Shown here: piece after piece, positions 26,201 through 36,199 of the stretch | Layout: each line of letters opens with the position of its first letter | Numbering within the stretch: position 1 is the stretch's first letter | DNA from: a virus | IMG/VR virus record: IMGVR_UViG_3300027816_000055 | Length of the DNA: 64,000 nucleotides | Strand: one strand, 5' to 3' | Notes under the pieces: generated by a model | Told to the model about the DNA's origin: nothing | Database searches by the model: none | What the model saw: the letters and a program-made list of their open reading frames with translations, nothing else | Position numbers and translations under genes: made by a program

Positions 26201-26489
26201 ATTGAAGAAATTTATTGCAAGTTCAAGCAAGTTCTTGGTATTCGAACAAAATGTTGCCGCAACAAGAAATCGTTTCTTGAGTATTGTCAATCCATATTTG
26301 GAAAGCGTACAACAACGTAGTGGTTTGTATGCATTCCAAGTAAAAATGGATGCTGAAAACAATACACCAGACTTGATAGATAGAAATGTTCTTTACGGTC
26401 AAATCTACTTGCAACCAGCAAAGACTGCTGAATTCATTATTCTTGATTTCAACATCTTGCCAACAGGTGCTCAATTTCCCGGCGCATAA
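23214..26489 (+). CDS. gp18: contractile tail sheath protein (gp18-like)
   Basis: SPGVFTRENDLS start; C-terminal WFAPAGLNRG, RVNPI..FPGQG..WGQKTL, RINVRRL, FEQN, YLQPAKTAEFI.LDF. Confidence 0.93.
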   Translation: MPITEGGKFSPEDRIVSPGVFTRENDLSGIAQGVADIGAAIVAPFPQGPGFAPTLVTSTADLEAKFGVADGVYYGPYTAKEYLKEKGFVTVVRVGALTGYNQNNPFVIWAEPGSWARSGSAGAFNSASSYVLYDNNDLAATFDYTASSTSGSLTFLSGASFIGKFQASQGDAVSGSTSNFSSGSKLYYNQQFAFAFSTNTTASSLRVTSSLQGSGASGTVKLLQALTETAGANGSVSGSFPVSGITVVNTDNGIVTDGSAIKLISGSFTSSVVSGGCGVQLVVNGIISGSFGQLTGQFSASNGSYGDPCSPVSQSGRLPQILAVLSDTQHATLDSTLSAAGFSGSVLTSSVASSGTYSGSVDQAALNFQLQLKSDGSTVGFYDFSLDPASNKYITNVFGTDPTAGNPAKQVAGTKIEAAYLYKFFGSSVQRVAANLLTEGWQIRGAVFPSASFTTGNPLTFTDSYSLNLNAGDSSFGLTHAYTPWVKSQGIAPWSADGSTANATKFELFKVHTLADGTYTNQKYKIEISNVKLAGTVAGSDWGSFTLAVRDFSDTEKKPKYLEIFQNLSLDPDSANFIARRIGDRYNYITYAGKIIEFGTYNNLSKYIRIEMSEIAYPVSAVPYGFQAYTTPIGSTATGYVPIVKYSKASIYGQAPGKYASGTVFGDNPLGADDELTALYPTASTGVTVAEDTLQYFAPIPAMGANDSNGKNIDFDLGDVLGSGSAAYIATTGSLLPAATSGSIPSVYDAANEANYVKMRKFVLGFQGGFDGQSPAIPINVGSDITAGNTQGLNCTNINSGGSIAYKQVVGALGNADEFDINLIATPGIFHSQHSYVAQLVIDMCEARGDCFYIMDNIIFPKSNQTVGMIDAAVNDVSTIDSNYVGTYYPWIKILDTNMNKIISVPPSVIMPAIYAANDNSSAEWFAPAGLNRGGIAQAVQVLDRLTHAERDVLYEGRVNPIAAFPGQGICVWGQKTLQIKPSALDRINVRRLLIALKKFIASSSKFLVFEQNVAATRNRFLSIVNPYLESVQQRSGLYAFQVKMDAENNTPDLIDRNVLYGQIYLQPAKTAEFIILDFNILPTGAQFPGA

Positions 26490-26507
26490 TTAGTTCCTAA
26501 AAATCAG

Positions 26508-26540
26508 ACCCTGCTAGAGAAATCTAGCAGGGTTTTTTAT
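26508..26540 (+). terminator. intrinsic terminator after sheath
   Basis: accctgctaga-GAAA-tctagcagggt plus T run. Confidence 0.85.
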
Positions 26541-26563
26541 TGGAACACTATATATTTATATAT

Positions 26564-27328
26564 ATGATTTATTTGTCCGACCTACTAAATGAAACAAAAC
26601 TACCATCAAGTGAGATTGATATGGACGTTTATGCGCGTAAGTATTTAAAAACAATAGATTATTTAAAAACTAAGAAAAAAACATTGTTACTCACAACTAG
26701 TAATAGATGGATACAACACAAAGATGATGTACCAAAAAGTACTCAATTGGCAATAAAAATAAAAGAAACTCTTGGAAGTGATAAAATAATTCATCTTGAT
26801 ATTCCAAAATTAAATATTTTACCATGTGAAGGTAATGTTAGTAGCAACAAGCAATTTGGTGGATATCATTGTGGTACAAAAGACTCGGCATTAAAAGATA
26901 AAGAAAAAAATCCTACGGGAAATCATCGTTGTTGGTGTAGTTATAACAACAAAAATGATGAATTATGGAAAGTTAGTAAAGAACTTTTTGAATGTGATGC
27001 TGTTGTATTTTTTACAAGCATTAGATGGGGACAAGCCAATAGCTTTTACCAAAAATTAATTGAAAGATTAAATTGGCTTGAAAGCCGACATGCTACATTG
27101 GGAGAAAGCAATATTGTTAAAAATATTGACGCTGGATTTATTGCAGTTGGTCAAAATTGGAACGGTCCAAGTGTTGTGAAAACTCAAAAACAAGTTTTTG
27201 AGTTTTTTGGATTCAATACTCCAAATGATTTGTTTTGGAACTGGCAATATACAAATGACCCGTGGGATGAATCAAAGCGTTCATATAATACTGCACCGAG
27301 TGTGTTTAACGAAACATTTAAAATATAA
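26564..27328 (+). CDS. flavodoxin-fold (NADPH-FMN reductase / iron-sulfur flavoprotein-like) protein with MIxLxxLLxE leader
   Basis: LTTSNR...STQLA, ILPCEG, ECDAVVFFTSIRWGQ...QKLIERL; starts MIYLSDLLNE. Confidence 0.6.
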   Translation: MIYLSDLLNETKLPSSEIDMDVYARKYLKTIDYLKTKKKTLLLTTSNRWIQHKDDVPKSTQLAIKIKETLGSDKIIHLDIPKLNILPCEGNVSSNKQFGGYHCGTKDSALKDKEKNPTGNHRCWCSYNNKNDELWKVSKELFECDAVVFFTSIRWGQANSFYQKLIERLNWLESRHATLGESNIVKNIDAGFIAVGQNWNGPSVVKTQKQVFEFFGFNTPNDLFWNWQYTNDPWDESKRSYNTAPSVFNETFKI

Positions 27329-27378
27329 AAAACTTATATAGATATTATGTTATATGTAATAAAGGCTGTTATAAATTT

Positions 27379-28068
27379 ATGAAAAAAGCATCAGGAAAAA
27401 GTAATTTAAGCATTGTACGCGATTATCTTGACGGAACTAGACCATTCATTCAAGTAGGATATGATGAAAATGTGGCATTGCAAAGTCGAAAAGAAGGAGA
27501 AGAATGGGAAGATAGTAATGGTGTTAAATGGGTAAAGAAGAATGGATATAAGAAACGTGTAAGCAAAAAAGCACAGTATGTTTTTGAACAACGCTGCACG
27601 GTTTGTAACGCAGATATGAAATGGGGAAATTATCTTGATCAGAAAATATATCCGAAGACTCAACGATGCTATGAATGCAATATTGAATTTGAAGCAATCT
27701 TAAAAAGTCGTGGAATTTACAATGACTATGAAAAATTTAAAGTAATTAACAATGAATTATCAATGATGAAAGATTTCAAATCAAAGATTGTTGATAGCAT
27801 AAATTACCTTGAAAATTATACACCACAAACAAAAGATCCTCAATTTTTCAATGAAGATGGTAGCAATGAAATTTGGGTAGATGACACAGATAGACGCGAA
27901 CTTGTATTGAAAGATTTGAAAGAAGATCTTGATAAAGTCAATAGTGGAATCGCATTAGCAGAAAGCGAATTAGTTAAATTAAATTATAACGTTGCGCTTG
28001 ATCCAAATATTAATAAATTAACATTGAAAAAGATACAGGAAAAAGAGGAGAAATTGCAAAATGGCTGA
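27379..28068 (+). CDS. hypothetical protein upstream of terminase (two CxxC pairs, coiled coil)
   Basis: CTVC...CYEC; overlaps the terminase start; a small-terminase role is unproven. Confidence 0.7.
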   Translation: MKKASGKSNLSIVRDYLDGTRPFIQVGYDENVALQSRKEGEEWEDSNGVKWVKKNGYKKRVSKKAQYVFEQRCTVCNADMKWGNYLDQKIYPKTQRCYECNIEFEAILKSRGIYNDYEKFKVINNELSMMKDFKSKIVDSINYLENYTPQTKDPQFFNEDGSNEIWVDDTDRRELVLKDLKEDLDKVNSGIALAESELVKLNYNVALDPNINKLTLKKIQEKEEKLQNG

Positions 28069-29656
28069 AAAATCATTAAAAGAAATAATCAAAGAAGAGT
28101 ATAAAAAATGTTTGGTTGATCCGATATATTTCATGAAGAAATATGTAAAGATTCAACATCCAATTCGTGGCACAATTAATTTTGATTTGTATCCTTTTCA
28201 AGAAGAAACATTAAGTGGATTGGTAGAAAATGATTTTAATATCATTTTAAAAAGTCGTCAAATGGGTATTAGCACATTGGTTGCCGCATATAGTTTGTGG
28301 CTGATGGTATTTCATACAGATAAAAATATTCGCTGTATTAGTATTACACAAGAAACAAGTAAAGAAATTGTTACCCGTGTTCGATTTGCCAATGATAATT
28401 TACCCGTTTGGTTAAAAGTGCCCGTTGTTGAAAACAATCGTCTTTCTCTAGTATTAAAAAATGGTAGTACAATCAAGGCAGAAAGTAGTGCAGGTACAGC
28501 AGGACGTTCGGCGGCATTGTCATTACTAATTATTGACGAAGCTGCATTTATTGATAATATCGAAGAAATTTGGTTGTCTGCTCAATACACATTGAGTACA
28601 GGTGGTCGTGCAATTGTTTTGAGTACACCAAACGGAGTTGGTAATTTCTTTCATAATACATGGGTTGACGCTGAAGCAAAGAAAAACAATTTTCATACAA
28701 TTAAGTTGCCGTGGCATTTACATCCGGAGCGTGATCAAAAATGGCGCGACCAACAAACAGCTTTGAGTGGTGTAAAAGGATCTGCACAAGAATGTGATTG
28801 TGATTTTAGTACTACCGGTAACACTGTAATTGATATTCCTACATTAGATTTTTACAAAAATGAAAAGGTTAAAGATCCGATAGAAATGCGGGGTATTGAT
28901 AAAAGTTATTGGATTTGGGAATATCCAGATTATAGTCGTAGTTATATTGTTTGTGCCGACGTTGCGCGTGGAGATGGTGCAGATTATAGCGCATTTCATG
29001 TAATTGATATTGAAAGTTTCACGCAAGTTGCCGAATATCAAGGTCAAATTAATACTAAAGATTACGGTAATATGTTGGTTAGCGTTGCGACCGAATATAA
29101 CAATGCATTATTAGTTGTTGAAAATGCAAATATCGGATGGGCAGTATTACAGCAAATTATTGACCGTGGCTATCCTAATACATTTTATAGCAGTGCCGAT
29201 CTTCAATATGTAGATATTGAACGTCAGATATCAAACAAGTTTAATGCTATGGAAAAGAAGATGGTGCCGGGATTTACGACAACAATGAAGACTCGTCCGT
29301 TGATTGTATCTCGTTTGGAAATGTATTTTAGAGAACGTAGCATTGAAGTTCGTTCAGCAAGATTGGTAAATGAATTGAGAACATTTATTTGGAATGGTAA
29401 CAAACCAGAAGCGTTGCCAAAATATCACGACGATCTGGTTATGTCATTTAGTATTGGTATGTGGGTGCGTGATACTGCATTAAAATTACGTCAACAGGGT
29501 GTTGATATTACTAAGAGTTTGATAAACAACATCAACAAGCTTGGAAATGCAGATCCAATTTATAAAACTGGTAATTTAACTGCTCAACAAGCATGGGAAA
29601 TGAATATCGGAAAAACTGGTAATGATAAAAAAGAGTCTTTAAATTGGTTATTATAA
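28061..29656 (+). CDS. gp17: terminase large subunit (gp17-like)
   Basis: LYPFQ, KSRQMGIST, IIDEAAFI, STPNG, QECDC.F, ADVARGDGADYS, HDDLVM. Confidence 0.95.
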   Translation: MAEKSLKEIIKEEYKKCLVDPIYFMKKYVKIQHPIRGTINFDLYPFQEETLSGLVENDFNIILKSRQMGISTLVAAYSLWLMVFHTDKNIRCISITQETSKEIVTRVRFANDNLPVWLKVPVVENNRLSLVLKNGSTIKAESSAGTAGRSAALSLLIIDEAAFIDNIEEIWLSAQYTLSTGGRAIVLSTPNGVGNFFHNTWVDAEAKKNNFHTIKLPWHLHPERDQKWRDQQTALSGVKGSAQECDCDFSTTGNTVIDIPTLDFYKNEKVKDPIEMRGIDKSYWIWEYPDYSRSYIVCADVARGDGADYSAFHVIDIESFTQVAEYQGQINTKDYGNMLVSVATEYNNALLVVENANIGWAVLQQIIDRGYPNTFYSSADLQYVDIERQISNKFNAMEKKMVPGFTTTMKTRPLIVSRLEMYFRERSIEVRSARLVNELRTFIWNGNKPEALPKYHDDLVMSFSIGMWVRDTALKLRQQGVDITKSLINNINKLGNADPIYKTGNLTAQQAWEMNIGKTGNDKKESLNWLL

Positions 29657-29671
29657 GATATATATACAAAT

Positions 29672-31543
29672 ATGCCTACAGATGAATTCAAAGAGTTGAA
29701 ACAACGTTCGTTGTTTTCAAAATTAAGAAGATTATTTAGCACCGACGTAATTGTTCGTAATATTGGTGGTAAAAAACTGAAAGTAGTAGACACCGACGAA
29801 TTAGCATACGCGACAGATCGTAATACCTTACGTGATCGTTTCAATCGTATTCGCACAAGTGCTTATAATCAATATAGCCGTGATTTCACATTGAGTTATC
29901 AAGCGGCTCGTATTGAATTGTTTCGTGATTACGACACAATGGATATGGACCCTATTATCAGTAGTGCATTAGATATTTATGCAGATGAGTGTTTAACGCA
30001 AAACGAATTGGGCGATATGCTAACAATTCGTAGCACCAATGATAACGTCAAACAAATTCTTCATAATTTGTTTTATGACATTTTAAATATTGAATTTAAT
30101 TTGTGGAGTTGGACTCGTAATTTGGTCAAATATGGTGATTTTTACTTGAAAATGTATGTAAGTCCAGAATTTGGCGTTTACATGGTTGAACCAATTAGTA
30201 GCTACAACGTTACCCGTGTAGAAAATAGCGATTTAAATAATAAAAATTATATTAAATTTCAAGTAAATTTACCAGAAGGTGGAAAAATTGAAGAATTAGA
30301 AAATTATCAGGTTGCACATTTTCGTTTGTTGAGCGATAGCAATTTCTTACCTTACGGAAAAGGTATTATTGAAGGTGCGCGTCGTGTTTGGAAACAAGTT
30401 AGTTTGATGGAAGATGCAATGTTGATTCATCGTATTATGCGAGCACCTGAAAAGCGTATTTACAAGGTTGACATTGGTAATATTCCACCAAACGAAGTTG
30501 ATCAATATATGGAAAAATTGATCAATAAAACAAAAAAAGTTCCTTATATTGATGAAAAAACAGGTGACTACAATCTTCGTTTCAATTTGTGGAACATGGT
30601 TGAAGATATTTATTTGCCTGTTCGTGGCAGTGATAGTGGAACCAGCATTGAGCCATTGAGTGGCATGGAATTTACAGGTATTGATGATATTGAATATCTT
30701 CGCAACAAAATGATGGCTGCATTAAAGATTCCAAAGGCATTTTTGGGATATGAAGAAGATTTGAGCGGCAAAGCTACATTAGCAGCAGAAGACGTTCGTT
30801 TTGCACGTACCGTTCAACGTGTTCAAAAATTTATTGTTAGTGAATTAACAAAAATTGCAATTGTTCATTTGTATTCACAAGGTTATCGCGATGCAGAATT
30901 GGTTGATTTTAGTTTGGAATTAACAAATCCATCGACTATTTTTGAAAAAGAAAAGGTTAGTGTCTGGCAAGAAAAAACCAGTTTGGCAAAAGAAATGATT
31001 GATGCCAAAATTTATAGTCGTAAATGGATTCATACTACTGTCTTCAATACCAGTGAAGATGATATTGACACTATTAACAATGATATTGTTGAAGATGCAA
31101 AACAAGCATATCGTTTGAAGAAGATTGAAGAAGAAGGTATTGATCCAGCAAAACCATATAATAAAATTAATGCTGGTGAAGAAGGAGACGCTGGCGCAAC
31201 CCCTGAACTCGGCGCAGCAGAACCAGAAGCAGCACCAGCAGAAACACCAGCACCACCAACAGGTGCAGGAGAAGCTCCATTAAAAGAACGAGATCAAACA
31301 GGTCGTAAAAAAGCATCAAATTATCCATTTGGAGAAGATCCATTGGGTAGTAAAGAAAACACTCGCCGTTCAAATAAAACAACAACAAAACATCCTATTT
31401 CACATGCATACAAAAATAATAGTCCTTTGAGTTTTGAAGGATTGGATATGCATCTTCGTGGAGATGGTACAAAATCAATTTTAAATGAAAATATAGATTC
31501 AAAAAAGAAATCATTTTTGGATGAATCTAATATAATTGACTAA
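29672..31543 (+). CDS. gp20: portal protein (gp20-like)
   Basis: EDAMLIHRIMRAPEKR..KVDIGNIPP, EDIYLPVRG, DDIEYLR.K...ALKIPKAFL. Confidence 0.93.
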   Translation: MPTDEFKELKQRSLFSKLRRLFSTDVIVRNIGGKKLKVVDTDELAYATDRNTLRDRFNRIRTSAYNQYSRDFTLSYQAARIELFRDYDTMDMDPIISSALDIYADECLTQNELGDMLTIRSTNDNVKQILHNLFYDILNIEFNLWSWTRNLVKYGDFYLKMYVSPEFGVYMVEPISSYNVTRVENSDLNNKNYIKFQVNLPEGGKIEELENYQVAHFRLLSDSNFLPYGKGIIEGARRVWKQVSLMEDAMLIHRIMRAPEKRIYKVDIGNIPPNEVDQYMEKLINKTKKVPYIDEKTGDYNLRFNLWNMVEDIYLPVRGSDSGTSIEPLSGMEFTGIDDIEYLRNKMMAALKIPKAFLGYEEDLSGKATLAAEDVRFARTVQRVQKFIVSELTKIAIVHLYSQGYRDAELVDFSLELTNPSTIFEKEKVSVWQEKTSLAKEMIDAKIYSRKWIHTTVFNTSEDDIDTINNDIVEDAKQAYRLKKIEEEGIDPAKPYNKINAGEEGDAGATPELGAAEPEAAPAETPAPPTGAGEAPLKERDQTGRKKASNYPFGEDPLGSKENTRRSNKTTTKHPISHAYKNNSPLSFEGLDMHLRGDGTKSILNENIDSKKKSFLDESNIID

Positions 31544-31620
31544 AGTTAGATAAATATCGTATTTAAATCAATTTTACACATTTTTCTCTATATTTATAAA
31601 ATAACGGAATAGACATTATT

Positions 31621-32487
31621 ATGTATAAAGCAAAACATTCTAAGTTTAGAAACACTGGGTTGCTATTTGAGTTACTTACTCGACAAGTAACTGCGGATAT
31701 TTTAGCTGGAAAAGACGAATCACCGGCTAAAAATTTACTGTTTAAATATTTTTCGCCAAATACAGAACTTGGACGCGAATGGCAATTGTATAATTTCTTA
31801 GTAAATGAACGTGCCAAAGACGAAACTCTAGCAGAAAAATATATCTCAATCACTTTAAAGCAAAGAGAAAAACTTGATAACAAAAAACTCACTGAACAAA
31901 AATATAATTTAATCAAAGAAATTAATGATGTCTATTCCGCAGAAACATTATTAAAATCAAGTTTAAAAAATTATAAACTTTTTGCTTCAGTTTATAAATT
32001 ATTTGAAGATCACATTAATAATAAAATTAAGTTTGATATTCAAGAAGTAATTCAAGCTAGAAATTTTATTAGTGAAAATCTATGCGGTATCAAAAAGAAA
32101 TCTCCAGAAGCAGAAGAAGAAGTAATTAAAATCTACAAGCAACAAAGCGAAGATATTCGTATGTTGTCTTACAAAATCATGGTCGATAGCTTGAATGAAA
32201 AATATCAAGGACTTGATCAAAATCAAAAACGATTACTTAGAGAATTTATTAACAATATTACTAATACAAATTCATTGAATGTATTGATTAATGAAGAAGT
32301 AGAAACTGTAAAGAAAGAATTGACTGAATTGAGTTCACAAGTTGATTCAGATGTTATCAGAATTAAAATTACAGAAACTGTAAAACAATTGGATAAAGTA
32401 AAACCATCAAAGAGTGTCAAAGACAATCAAGTTATGGTTTTGTTGCTTTCATATGAACTCATCAAAGAAATAAAATCACAAATTTAA
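31621..32487 (+). CDS. conserved head-cluster hypothetical protein
   Basis: 288-aa helical ORF between portal and protease; TATTTAT at 31591-31597. Confidence 0.75.
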   Translation: MYKAKHSKFRNTGLLFELLTRQVTADILAGKDESPAKNLLFKYFSPNTELGREWQLYNFLVNERAKDETLAEKYISITLKQREKLDNKKLTEQKYNLIKEINDVYSAETLLKSSLKNYKLFASVYKLFEDHINNKIKFDIQEVIQARNFISENLCGIKKKSPEAEEEVIKIYKQQSEDIRMLSYKIMVDSLNEKYQGLDQNQKRLLREFINNITNTNSLNVLINEEVETVKKELTELSSQVDSDVIRIKITETVKQLDKVKPSKSVKDNQVMVLLLSYELIKEIKSQI

Positions 32488-32493
32488 TAATAT

Positions 32494-32991
32494 ATGAATA
32501 AAGACAACGTAATGAAAAAAGGCAAAATTATTGTTGGAGGCACTTTGCGTGAAAAATTAAAAGCAAAGTTAAAAGAAATCATTCGTAAAAAAATGACAGA
32601 AATTTCAACAAGCGGTGCTGCTGGTGGTAGTGCTGCGGATGGTAGTGCCGGTCCAGTAAAAACGCCATATGCATTTGGTAAAGTAAAAGATCCTACAACT
32701 GGTTTGGATGGATACAAGCAAGTTGGAAAACCCGAAACAGGTACAATTACTGAAAAAGAAGGTAAGAAAAAAGAACCCGAAACTAAAGAATCTCCTAAGA
32801 AGAGTGAACCAAAGCCATATGAGCCAATTGTAAAGCCAAAAACTCCTGAAGAAAAAGCTGCCGATGAACTTTCTGCTTCAAACGAAAGACGTAAAAAAGA
32901 AGTAGAATTGGTTGCGAAAATTGTATCAGGATGGGCCGATACTCGCAAAAAAGCTTCAAAAGCTTCAAAAGCTTCAAAAAAATCTGATTAA
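32494..32991 (+). CDS. charged low-complexity putative internal head protein
   Basis: LKEIIRKKMTE-ISTSGAAGG..TPYAF; K/E/P-rich; aaagcttca x3 near the 3' end. Confidence 0.65.
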   Translation: MNKDNVMKKGKIIVGGTLREKLKAKLKEIIRKKMTEISTSGAAGGSAADGSAGPVKTPYAFGKVKDPTTGLDGYKQVGKPETGTITEKEGKKKEPETKESPKKSEPKPYEPIVKPKTPEEKAADELSASNERRKKEVELVAKIVSGWADTRKKASKASKASKKSD

Positions 32992-33002
32992 TAAAGATTA
33001 TT

Positions 33003-33482
33003 ATGTCGATTAGTTTAAAAAGACTAATAGAATTGGATAGTGAGCCGCAAGTCAAACAAAATGCGGCTTATACTCCTATTGTTGCTCAACAACCAACTCC
33101 ACAAGGTCAGGAGTTTAATGTTGGATTAGATTTTACTAATTTTGAACGAACGATAGCAGCATTTACTGAAAATGCAAAAAATGCATTTCAACAAAAACTT
33201 ATGAGTTTGGTTGGAAATAAAAAAGTATTTTTGCGTGGTAGTAAAGGCTATGGTCAGCCAATTAAAGATTATACTGTCAATGTAAAAAGCGTTAGCATTG
33301 ATTTTTATTATGAACGTTATGTTGTTGTTTTCAAAGATGAAAATGACAAAGAATACTTTTTAGAGCCGGGATACAAGATTAAAATCTTGGGTCAGGCACA
33401 AATTGTTCCAAAAACACCAAAGAAAAAAAAGAAGGAACAACCTCCGGTTGTGCCAGTTCAACCAAATATTAATCCTAGATAA
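33003..33482 (+). CDS. hypothetical head-cluster protein
   Basis: Starts MSISLKRLIE. Confidence 0.75.
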   Translation: MSISLKRLIELDSEPQVKQNAAYTPIVAQQPTPQGQEFNVGLDFTNFERTIAAFTENAKNAFQQKLMSLVGNKKVFLRGSKGYGQPIKDYTVNVKSVSIDFYYERYVVVFKDENDKEYFLEPGYKIKILGQAQIVPKTPKKKKKEQPPVVPVQPNINPR

Positions 33483-33483
33483 T

Positions 33484-34101
33484 ATGAATAAAGAATTACT
33501 TGTTGACTGCATTTCGTTTGCAGTAAGCCGAGATGTCATAAATGAAATGACAAATAGTGGCGGACCTTTTGTAGTAAAAGGTGTATTGCAACGTGCTAAT
33601 GCAAAAAATCAAAATGGTAGAATTTATCCAAAAGCAATTTTGGAACGTGAAGCAGTAAAATATACTGAAAACTTCATCAAACAACGTCGTGCATTAGGTG
33701 AATTAGATCATCCTGAAACTAGTGTTGTTAATTTGCAAAATGTTAGTCATAACGTATTGGAAGTTCACTGGGAAGGTGATGATTTGGTCGGTAGTGTTGA
33801 AATTTTAACAACGCCAAGCGGCAACATTTTGCGTGAGTTATTTAAAAGCTCAATCAATGTTGGCATTAGTAGTCGTGGCGTAGGTAGTGTAAAACGAAAA
33901 ATGGCAGAAAGTGCAGATGAAGTTCAAGAAGATTTTGAATTAATTGCATTTGATTTCGTTAGCAACCCAAGCACACAAGGAGCATTTTTACATCCGTCTG
34001 GACAAATTCAAGAAGGTGTAAATACAATTAAAAATCCAGTCACAAACAAATGGGATAATGTAAATAATATTATTCGAGAAATCTTAGGAGAAATTAAATA
34101 A
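33484..34101 (+). CDS. gp21: prohead core protease (gp21-like)
   Basis: NQNGRIYP, ALGELDHP, VSH, GISSRG.GS, DFVSNPST..AF. Confidence 0.93.
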   Translation: MNKELLVDCISFAVSRDVINEMTNSGGPFVVKGVLQRANAKNQNGRIYPKAILEREAVKYTENFIKQRRALGELDHPETSVVNLQNVSHNVLEVHWEGDDLVGSVEILTTPSGNILRELFKSSINVGISSRGVGSVKRKMAESADEVQEDFELIAFDFVSNPSTQGAFLHPSGQIQEGVNTIKNPVTNKWDNVNNIIREILGEIK

Positions 34102-34104
34102 TAT

Positions 34105-34785
34105 ATGAATAATAAAACACAAAATGAAGGATTTTTTGACCGTCTTAAAGCAAATTGGACTGGGGCAAAAACTGCCGCAACAAATATAGGAACAGGCGTA
34201 GCATCGGTTGCGGCTGGAGTACCATTGAAATTAACCAATGTTCAAGATGCCAGAATTAAACAATTATTTAGTCAGGTTCAAGCAAGAATCAAACCATATG
34301 CAAACAAATTGGGAAATACAAATGTTGCGACCAAACTGAATGCTGAAATTGAAGTAAAAAAGAATCTTCTAGGATTCATCAATGATTTCATGAAAATGAC
34401 GGGTGAAAAAAAACCAAATAATGTGATTGCCACATTGCAACAACCACAATATGCTGAAATTGCAAATTATATCAAAAAATTAGGGCTTTCTGTTCCTGTT
34501 TCAAAGAAACCTGTGACACCATCCGCATCCACAACTACCCCTACCCCAGCACCTGCTTCATCTACACCGCCAACTGGAGGTACACCCGCCGATGGTACAT
34601 TCGATGTTTCTAAAAATTATAAATTTGATGCTAGTAAAAATCTATGGGTTAATATTTCAACCGGAGTTGCGTTGAACAAATCAGCTTCAGACGCAAAGAC
34701 AGTTGCATACTGGAATGCAGTTAAAAAAGGAACCATCATTCCAGAAAATAAAACTAAAATTGTATATAAAGAGTTTTTTGTATAA
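34105..34785 (+). CDS. hypothetical protein
   Basis: Starts MNNKTQNE-GFFDRLKA; Pro/Thr linker. Confidence 0.7.
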   Translation: MNNKTQNEGFFDRLKANWTGAKTAATNIGTGVASVAAGVPLKLTNVQDARIKQLFSQVQARIKPYANKLGNTNVATKLNAEIEVKKNLLGFINDFMKMTGEKKPNNVIATLQQPQYAEIANYIKKLGLSVPVSKKPVTPSASTTTPTPAPASSTPPTGGTPADGTFDVSKNYKFDASKNLWVNISTGVALNKSASDAKTVAYWNAVKKGTIIPENKTKIVYKEFFV

Positions 34786-34804
34786 TTGCTAATATTTATT
34801 ACAT

Positions 34805-35290
34805 ATGATCACGTTAAAAAAAATTATTGAAGGAGTTGAACAAGAATCTTCTGTAGATACTAATGAATTGAGTGGTATGATGGGACAGTCACCTACTACA
34901 TGGGATACGCCAAAAGCATATGCTCCTGCCGGTGCGCCAGTTCGAACAAATGAAGCATTACCTTCAAAGAAATTAACCGCTGAAGAAAAGCGTAAATTGC
35001 TTGGTATGATTGGTCAATTTAACGAATATCGCCGTGCTATGAAGATGGCGGATGAATTGAAACACGTTGCTGAAAACATTGTTTACATTGCAGAAATGAC
35101 CGAAAAATACGGTTTGAATGAAACAAGTGAGTGGTTTGAAGGAGTAACATTGGAACGTGATATGAAAGAAATTAAACGTTATGCAAGTGAATTGCATAAG
35201 ATTGCTAATAAAGTTCATCCACAGGTTCAACAAGCCGAAGCAATATACGAAGAAATTGGACTAAAGTTAGAAAGATACTTTAATCTATAA
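34805..35290 (+). CDS. hypothetical putative internal head protein
   Basis: Starts MITLKKIIE; TATTTAT 5 nt upstream. Confidence 0.75.
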   Translation: MITLKKIIEGVEQESSVDTNELSGMMGQSPTTWDTPKAYAPAGAPVRTNEALPSKKLTAEEKRKLLGMIGQFNEYRRAMKMADELKHVAENIVYIAEMTEKYGLNETSEWFEGVTLERDMKEIKRYASELHKIANKVHPQVQQAEAIYEEIGLKLERYFNL

Positions 35291-35293
35291 ATC

Positions 35294-35322
35294 AAAAACC
35301 CCACTTAATAGTGGGGTTTTTT
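35294..35322. terminator. bidirectional terminator
   Basis: aaaaaccccact-TAAT-agtggggttttt between convergent genes. Confidence 0.85.
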
Positions 35323-35323
35323 A

Positions 35324-35707
35324 TTATACTTCTAATTTTCCAAACTCATCTATTCTATCCATCATGTTATCGAATGATTTAAAATAATGTTTTCTATCAT
35401 TAACTTTTAATTCATATCCAAGCTTTTTATGCTTGGCAATGCTGTATCTATTCATATCCATATCACCGGGAATAGTTAATCCCATATGACTATCACCTTC
35501 GATTTGAAAGCCCATACCTTCAAGCATATCCAAATGTTTCATTTCCCACGAATTTGGATTATCGAAGTCATCTAACTTGTAATAATTTTCATTTTGTAGT
35601 TCGGATGTATGATAATCTTTTCTAATATTCATTGGTTGTTTGTAGCTATTATGATTGCTGCCAACACTATGACGTTTTGAACTAATTGTAAATTGTTTTG
35701 ATTGCAT
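35324..35707 (-). CDS. hypothetical protein
   Basis: 127-aa ORF coupled to 35711..36199. Confidence 0.65.
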   Translation of the reverse strand: MQSKQFTISSKRHSVGSNHNSYKQPMNIRKDYHTSELQNENYYKLDDFDNPNSWEMKHLDMLEGMGFQIEGDSHMGLTIPGDMDMNRYSIAKHKKLGYELKVNDRKHYFKSFDNMMDRIDEFGKLEV

Positions 35708-35710
35708 ATG

Positions 35711-36199
35711 TTATTTATTCATTAATAGTGCGTCTGTAAAAAAATTATAAATGTTGCTCAAGAAATTTGGAATATTTGCATTTTTATCAAATGAACTTCC
35801 TGAGCGACTAAACACTGCGCCGGGTTTATCTATATCTTCTCGTTTAGTAAATGCAACATACCACATGGCATATTTATATTCATTAGAATTTCGTGGATTT
35901 GCAATTTTTCTAATGGCAAAATGAAAATTTGTTGGCGATTGATTAACTTCAAATTGAATAGTATTATTTGTAAAATCAACTGAACTTATATTACTATATA
36001 CATGTTTAATTGCTTCTTTTATTTTTTCAAGCTCTTGAGGACCAATTGTATAAGGGCGATTATATCCTTTTTGTAATACAGCAGTCAAATTGGTATCATC
36101 AGCTTCTTTTGTTTCAACATAAGAAGATTCAATCAACATATTTTCCAACAATACTTTTTTGATATATTGTTTCAATGATTGTTTTTGTTTTTCGTTCAT
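35711..36199 (-). CDS. hypothetical protein
   Basis: Starts ...LKQYIKKVLLENMLIE; TATTTAT upstream on the minus strand. Confidence 0.7.
   Translation of the reverse strand: MNEKQKQSLKQYIKKVLLENMLIESSYVETKEADDTNLTAVLQKGYNRPYTIGPQELEKIKEAIKHVYSNISSVDFTNNTIQFEVNQSPTNFHFAIRKIANPRNSNEYKYAMWYVAFTKREDIDKPGAVFSRSGSSFDKNANIPNFLSNIYNFFTDALLMNK

Noticed and set aside
27379-28068. Terminase small subunit call
   Set aside because: Supported by position only; no recognisable gp16 motif
28061-29656. Intein or intron in the terminase
   Set aside because: 531 aa with contiguous ATPase and nuclease motifs; no intein C1 or HN-C/S/T ends and no LAGLIDADG motif
32948-32980. 9-bp tandem repeats (aaagcttca x3; also actactgca near 57760)
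   Set aside because: In-frame low-complexity coding expansions; no sign of phase variation
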